DNA of 64,000 nt from Trypethelium eluteriae (taxonomy: Eukaryota), in assembly GCA_051942245.1 (NCBI GenBank), contig JAVECL010000001.1, forward strand, positions 124,001 to 188,000, read 5' to 3'. Position 1 is the first letter of the stretch; every line of letters begins with the position of its first letter. Both the position numbers and the translations under genes were made by a program. The notes beneath the pieces were generated by a model that made no database searches, was not told the DNA's origin, and was given only the letters and a program-made list of their open reading frames with translations. Shown in pieces: positions 59,034 to 64,000 of this stretch.

Positions 59034-61711
59034 CTAGTAGAAAAAGCTTCTCCTTTTCTGCGTGCCATCATGGCCGCCACTCTCCAAATACACCTTCTCT
59101 CCCTCAGCCCGCACAAACCAGGGCGTCTCGTACTGTCGTCCCTCAGGCCCCACCCACCGCCCGCTGCTCTGCACCTCCTTGGCCTCCTTCGGCGGACTGT
59201 TCACCGCGAGCGCAAATAGGTTCAACGGTTCGGAAAAATCAGTCACCAAGCCCCTGTGGGAGAGGAGGTAGACGAGGATGACGACGTTGGTAAGGAAGAC
59301 TAGGAGAAGGACTGGATAGAAGACACGTTGATAAGGCGAGGAGGGCCCTGACGCGTATTGCTGGGCTGAAAGGGCAATAGGAAAGGTTTCGTAGACGCCA
59401 GGAGTGATGGTGCTGTTGTTGGTGTAATTCTGTTGGGAAATTTAGCAAGAGGAGGGGAAAGCGTGGGGGAGAAGGGATGGGTCATGGAAGAGATACGTAC
59501 CCATTGGGGGACAAAGGGAGAGTCTTGGATACTCATCAACAGAGTGCTGCCGGCCATGACAGCCAAAGCTTCGGCCATGCTTGGTAATTTTGGCTGCAAG
59601 GTAATCCTTGTGTTGCTACTCGAGTATTCTGGCAGCATCAAGTCCGTCAAGAGACGTGCGTTGCTCGCCTGAGCGTCTGTGATGCCTGATTGCAGACTCA
59701 AGGTTGTTGCCCACTCCTGAACGAGTTCAAAGAAATCCTTGCTGGCATTTGTAGCTGGCATATGTGCAGCCTCATTCTGGAAAAGTTGCGCGTACGTGAA
59801 GTCCGTGCTCCCTGGAGATACATCGCAGTTAGCGGTCAAGTTACCGCCGCTAGAAGTGACATTGTAGTACGTTGAACAGTTGGGTGTCAGATAAGCTCTC
59901 AGTCCGCAGAGCGCATAGTCATCTCCCTGTGCTGGACTACCCTTTCCAAGAATGTAGATCCATTCCCTTCCGTATTGAGAAGTCTGGTTGAGCACGGTAT
60001 TATAACTGATGGGATATTTGGGGAAGATAGGTGGCCATTGTCCAGTCGAATTGCTCCAATTGAATATTTGGTCTACTTTAGTCCCGGTCAAATTGAACTT
60101 GTATCCTGGAGCGAGATTGTCGAGCTGTTGTGGCCAGGATGATGTATTGAGGATTGCGCCTGGGAACTCGGAGTAGACTAGCGGCTTCAGTTCGTCCTCG
60201 GTCATTTGCACGCACAACGCGTTGACCACAGGAGAAGGAACAGCGGCTTTGAGGTTATATATTCCAAGACCATCGAGATCCTACGTCGGCATTAGTTATA
60301 GGGAGAATGTAGTCTATTGCAGGTGTTGCTTACGCTGGGCTGAAGTATACCATTGATTGGATCATGCGCGGCTTGAACAACCCCAGCATGAGGCATTGCC
60401 ATACTGATGTTATTGATGGTCCGTCCATAAGTCTCGGAATCTTCAGTAACATTAGCGATTTCGATCCAGGCGGCATGAACGTCGGTGGCTCCGTTGAACT
60501 GGCCGACACCCTCGGGCCTAGTGGTCAAGTCGGTCGAACCATTGCTCGAATTTGCAAAGTTCGACCAATTAGATATGTACCGGCCATAATTGTAGTAGCT
60601 ATTGGCAGCAAAATCGACAACATCCAGGCAGTTGTTGGTACCATATTCTGGATCGAGGGCGGGAATGACAGGCGTCTGGCAGTTAGCCTCGATGTATTGC
60701 GCGTTGGCAAAAGAGGTATTGACCATGCCTTGCAAGCCTCGGTAGCGCCAAGAGTCGAATCTGAGCTGGGGCTTAACTATTGGTAGGGATCAGCTTTGTG
60801 TCTTTTTGCAATGAAGGAATAATTCTGACGGAGCCGGAAGGTTGATGCATACCTAAAGCATCGGCAGCAGAGGTATAAAGCATTGCAACAATGGCCGATA
60901 ATAGCGCGGCTATCCCGAGTACGGAGACGACGGCGTATCGCACGCTTTCCCAACGAGTGACCATGAGGCCAGGCTGCATGATCCAGACCCGCATGTTCAT
61001 TTCAGCCAGAGTGATTCCGAGGGGTTGGCCCGTCTTTGCCTTGAATGCTTTCCTTGATAAGACTTGGCCAACGAATGCGACCATGACGGTGACGAAACTC
61101 ATTTCAATTGACTTTGCAATGATCTGAGTAAGCAGAGAAGCACCGGCCGAGTTGAGGGATCCTCCTGTGCGGACAGCCCTTCCATACCTTGGACCGAGAA
61201 AAGCAAGGATCAGATATATGCCGGAAAATAATGTCGAGTAGACGGAGAGAAGGATCAAAACAATATAGAGCCAGTGTCGGCGGGGTAAGTAAATTTGCTT
61301 GGGATATCCACGCGCTTCGTTGCGTGGGAGATCTGGGTCGCGGGTCAGTACGAGACTACCAGTGGATGGTGGTGAATTTCCCTGACCATTGTAAATTGGC
61401 CGCGATGGTGTCGCGCCAGCGGGTCTGTACTCTTCTGACGAAAGGTTTTCATAAAATGATGATTTCGGCGTTTGACTTCCAGATAGGCCATGGAAATGGG
61501 ATGCGGTTCGGTCGGGATTCTCATTCAAGTCGGGAGAAGGCTGGTAAGTGGTAGGGGGAGATAGCAAAGGTTCAGTGCCCGAGAAGTTAGTCTGCTGTAG
61601 ACCAGGCGTGTGTCCGGGTGTATCTCCTGGAGTCGACGTCTCGACGCTCTGGTCAAAGAGTTCGCTCGAATACTCCGTAAGTTCCTGGTAGTTCCCACGA
61701 TGCTCCGTCAT
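59034..61711 (-). CDS. Fungal multi-pass membrane protein of unknown function with large luminal N-glycosylated domain; exons 61711-60853, 60776-60334, 60280-59501, 59429-59034
   Basis: Three N-terminal TM helices (AKSIEMSFVTVMVAFVGQVLSRKA...YTSAADAL), many N-X-S/T sequons, and a C-terminal TM followed by GLVTDFSEPLNLFALAVNSPP; canonical introns. Confidence 0.8.
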
Positions 61712-62886
61712 GTTTGACGAATTGTGCTGGTCGCTCTCCAGCGATGTTAAAGCTCTAATCCATCCTCAGTGCGTGGTCCGATCCGAGGGAAAAGATTGTA
61801 AGGTAGCGAAGGGGAGAAGAAGTAAGTAAAGAGGCTGGATCCAGGTCTTAGCCATTCTACGCAGCCGTGGCGCAAGACCTTACTTTACGGGAGCGATGCC
61901 GAAACGACGCGCGAAAAAGGCCGTTTACCTCTTAAGTACTCGGTAGATTCACAAATCTGTAGCTCTTACTGACAGATCCGGATTACTCTAATATGCTCAG
62001 CTCCGCCACATCGATCTGTTTCCCCACCGTTGGCCGCGTGCGGTCGCGTAATCACACCAACACTGCAGTGTCCGGGCTGAAGCAAAATACTTTGATGCAT
62101 CATTTCGGTGAGTTAGTGCTTTTGCGCTGCAGTTCATACATTGGCGGTGATATCGGAGGAATCAAAGGAGAGGATTACGGCCAGGGCAAACAGACGATCG
62201 CCTAATTACATACCATCGCCTGCGCTAAAGCCGGGCAACGGCGCAAGGTGCTGGATATGGTCGAGGCTGAGTCCGAGAGCCGCAATCGTAATTATAGCAA
62301 TCCTTTGCCCTCTCATCATTCGTCCAGCGTTTTCGCTGAGCAAGCATGCTGGCTGATCGTCTCCTCATCGGCTATAGTTACTACCCACGCTACCGTATTG
62401 CCTACCCAGAATCCCTACCTAATTATTCTTACTTCTCACCTTCTCGTCACCATCGGATCTCCACCCTTGACCCTTCATTTCTATCCATTTCCAGGCGGAA
62501 GAGGAGACGGTCGTAGATGAAGGACACATCTTCACCTAAGTATACCTGTTAGGCGAGTCCTTTCCCTTGGGTTGACGGGGCTCAGTTGCCTCCACAATCG
62601 AACAGGTGGCGCTGGTCTGGATTCTGTTTGCTGGTGTTCCATGTTTTGGCAGCACAAGGTCTAGGCCAGATCCGTAAATCATTTCCGCCTGCAGGTACGG
62701 AGTACCTCTACGACCTGCTTCCCCACGCTGCAAACTGGAAGCTGGGAGCTGGAAGCTGGCGGCCCGACAAGGAACGAAATATCGTCAAAATATGTGTTGA
62801 CTTCTACAAGTCAAAGCTCAAGTATCGCAGCGTTCTAATTATCTAGCAACGGGGTATCTCTAATAAAATTGCTCAAGGAATCCCTC

Positions 62887-64000
62887 TCATCCAACTACGA
62901 TCGTGGGATCAGATGATGGCACTTGCTCTGTCTCCTGCACCTTCTGCCTTTTCGCCAACCTCTCATCCTTCCCCATCCTCGGCGTCCGCCCTGGCTTGAT
63001 CTCCCGACGACCCTCGAACAGCCACGGACCCTTCACGTTCCTCGGCCTTCCGGCTCTGTCAAATAACTGCTGTGGCTCCTCTATATATGCTACCTGTCCA
63101 TACATCCCTCCTCTCTCGTCGTCCATGTCCGTCCGGATTGGTTTCGACTGCTGGATGATCGCCTGAATTCCCTGGTCGTCGTCCAAATTCTTTGCGTCTG
63201 TATGTTCGCGATTCGTCATCTTCTGACTACGATCGAACATGGCCTCCTCGATCGTATCTTTCAGTACCAGCGTCTGCACCTCCACGGGACGTGTTTGTCC
63301 GATTCGATGTGCCCGCTTCAGCGCCTGCGCTTCGACCTCGGGCCGACAGACCGGGTTCACAAAGTATACCCGGCTGGCGACGCTGGCGTGCAGTCCTCGC
63401 GCACCTTGTCGCAAATCCATGAGGAGGATCCGGATACTGGCGTCCTCGTTAAAACGTACGATCCATTGCGAGCGCAAGTACGCTTGGATGGAGTTGGCGT
63501 AGATGAGGTATTCGATGTGGAAGATGTCCAGAACTTGGGCAATGTAATAGGCAATGTTGTCGCCTTCGTAGAAGATGATCATCTTTTCATCGCGGTGGTA
63601 TTTGAAGATCTCGTTGAGCAGGTAACTGAGTTTGGCAGACGTCGTCCCAATGATTCGAGCCCCGGCGATAGTAGAGTCCTGGATGAGTTCGCTAGCTTTG
63701 GCGGGCGCTGTCGAAGTGCTTTCCACAGTCTTACGCTTCTTTCCTGCCAACGCGATCTTAATTTTAGTCTCTTTGGTAGGACTGTCTTCGCTTTGGCCCG
63801 AGGGTCTCTCGGTAGGTGAGGTGCTAGAATTATGCTTGCTGCTGATCGCTGGTTGTTTCTTGCCGGGGGACGCAGCAGAGCGTCTGGTTACCGCAGGTTC
63901 GCCATTGATACTAGATGCTGGCATTCCAGTCTTGGCCAGTATTGGCTTCTTGGAGCCTTCCTCCAGAGGAATCGACTCAGAGCGCAATGGGGCTAGAGCT
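62887..64000 (-). CDS. SNF2-family helicase/ATPase, C-terminal HELICc portion (5' part outside window)
   Basis: SAKLSYL, EKMIIF, ILLMDLRQGARGLHASVASRVYFVNP, EAQALKRAHRIGQTRPVEVQTLVLKDTIEE (motifs IV-VI). Confidence 0.9.
   Translation of the reverse strand, partial: ALAPLRSESIPLEEGSKKPILAKTGMPASSINGEPAVTRRSAASPGKKQPAISSKHNSSTSPTERPSGQSEDSPTKETKIKIALAGKKRKTVESTSTAPAKASELIQDSTIAGARIIGTTSAKLSYLLNEIFKYHRDEKMIIFYEGDNIAYYIAQVLDIFHIEYLIYANSIQAYLRSQWIVRFNEDASIRILLMDLRQGARGLHASVASRVYFVNPVCRPEVEAQALKRAHRIGQTRPVEVQTLVLKDTIEEAMFDRSQKMTNREHTDAKNLDDDQGIQAIIQQSKPIRTDMDDERGGMYGQVAYIEEPQQLFDRAGRPRNVKGPWLFEGRREIKPGRTPRMGKDERLAKRQKVQETEQVPSSDPTIVVG

Noticed and set aside
1..64000. CRISPR arrays, transposons, rRNA or a secondary-metabolite cluster
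   Set aside because: No spaced direct repeats, transposase/RT motifs, LTRs/TIRs, rRNA-like sequence or PKS/NRPS core genes were seen.

Overview
Gene-dense chromosomal segment of a filamentous ascomycete (Pezizomycotina). The assignment rests on short GT-AG introns with CTRAY branch points and on protein families recognised from memory, with no database search. About 26 protein-coding genes were modelled by hand, mostly housekeeping: MRPL24, PTH2, SNU66, acetyl-CoA synthetase, RXT3, BTN1, a Y-family (iota-like) DNA polymerase, RRP12, DUF1751/TMEM115, a LisH-WD40 SIF2-like protein, a Baeyer-Villiger-type monooxygenase, MRPL33, SEC6, sphingosine-1-phosphate lyase, COX12, NDUFA4/MLRQ-like, an RRM-only CYP33-like protein, SEC31 and a partial SNF2 helicase. 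No tRNA, rRNA, transposon or CRISPR was recognised. The most notable items are: (1) an accessory-looking block at about 17.5-28 kb containing a head-to-head pair of a CorA-like protein lacking the GMN motif and a membrane-anchored HET-like protein, a candidate immune or cell-death module; (2) a 3-nt microexon in COX12; (3) COX12 sharing a 273-bp divergent promoter with an NDUFA4/COXFA4-like gene; (4) a recurrent intergenic TACCTAGGTA palindrome; (5) a disordered protein with SILK-like and RVxF PP1-docking motifs behind uORFs.
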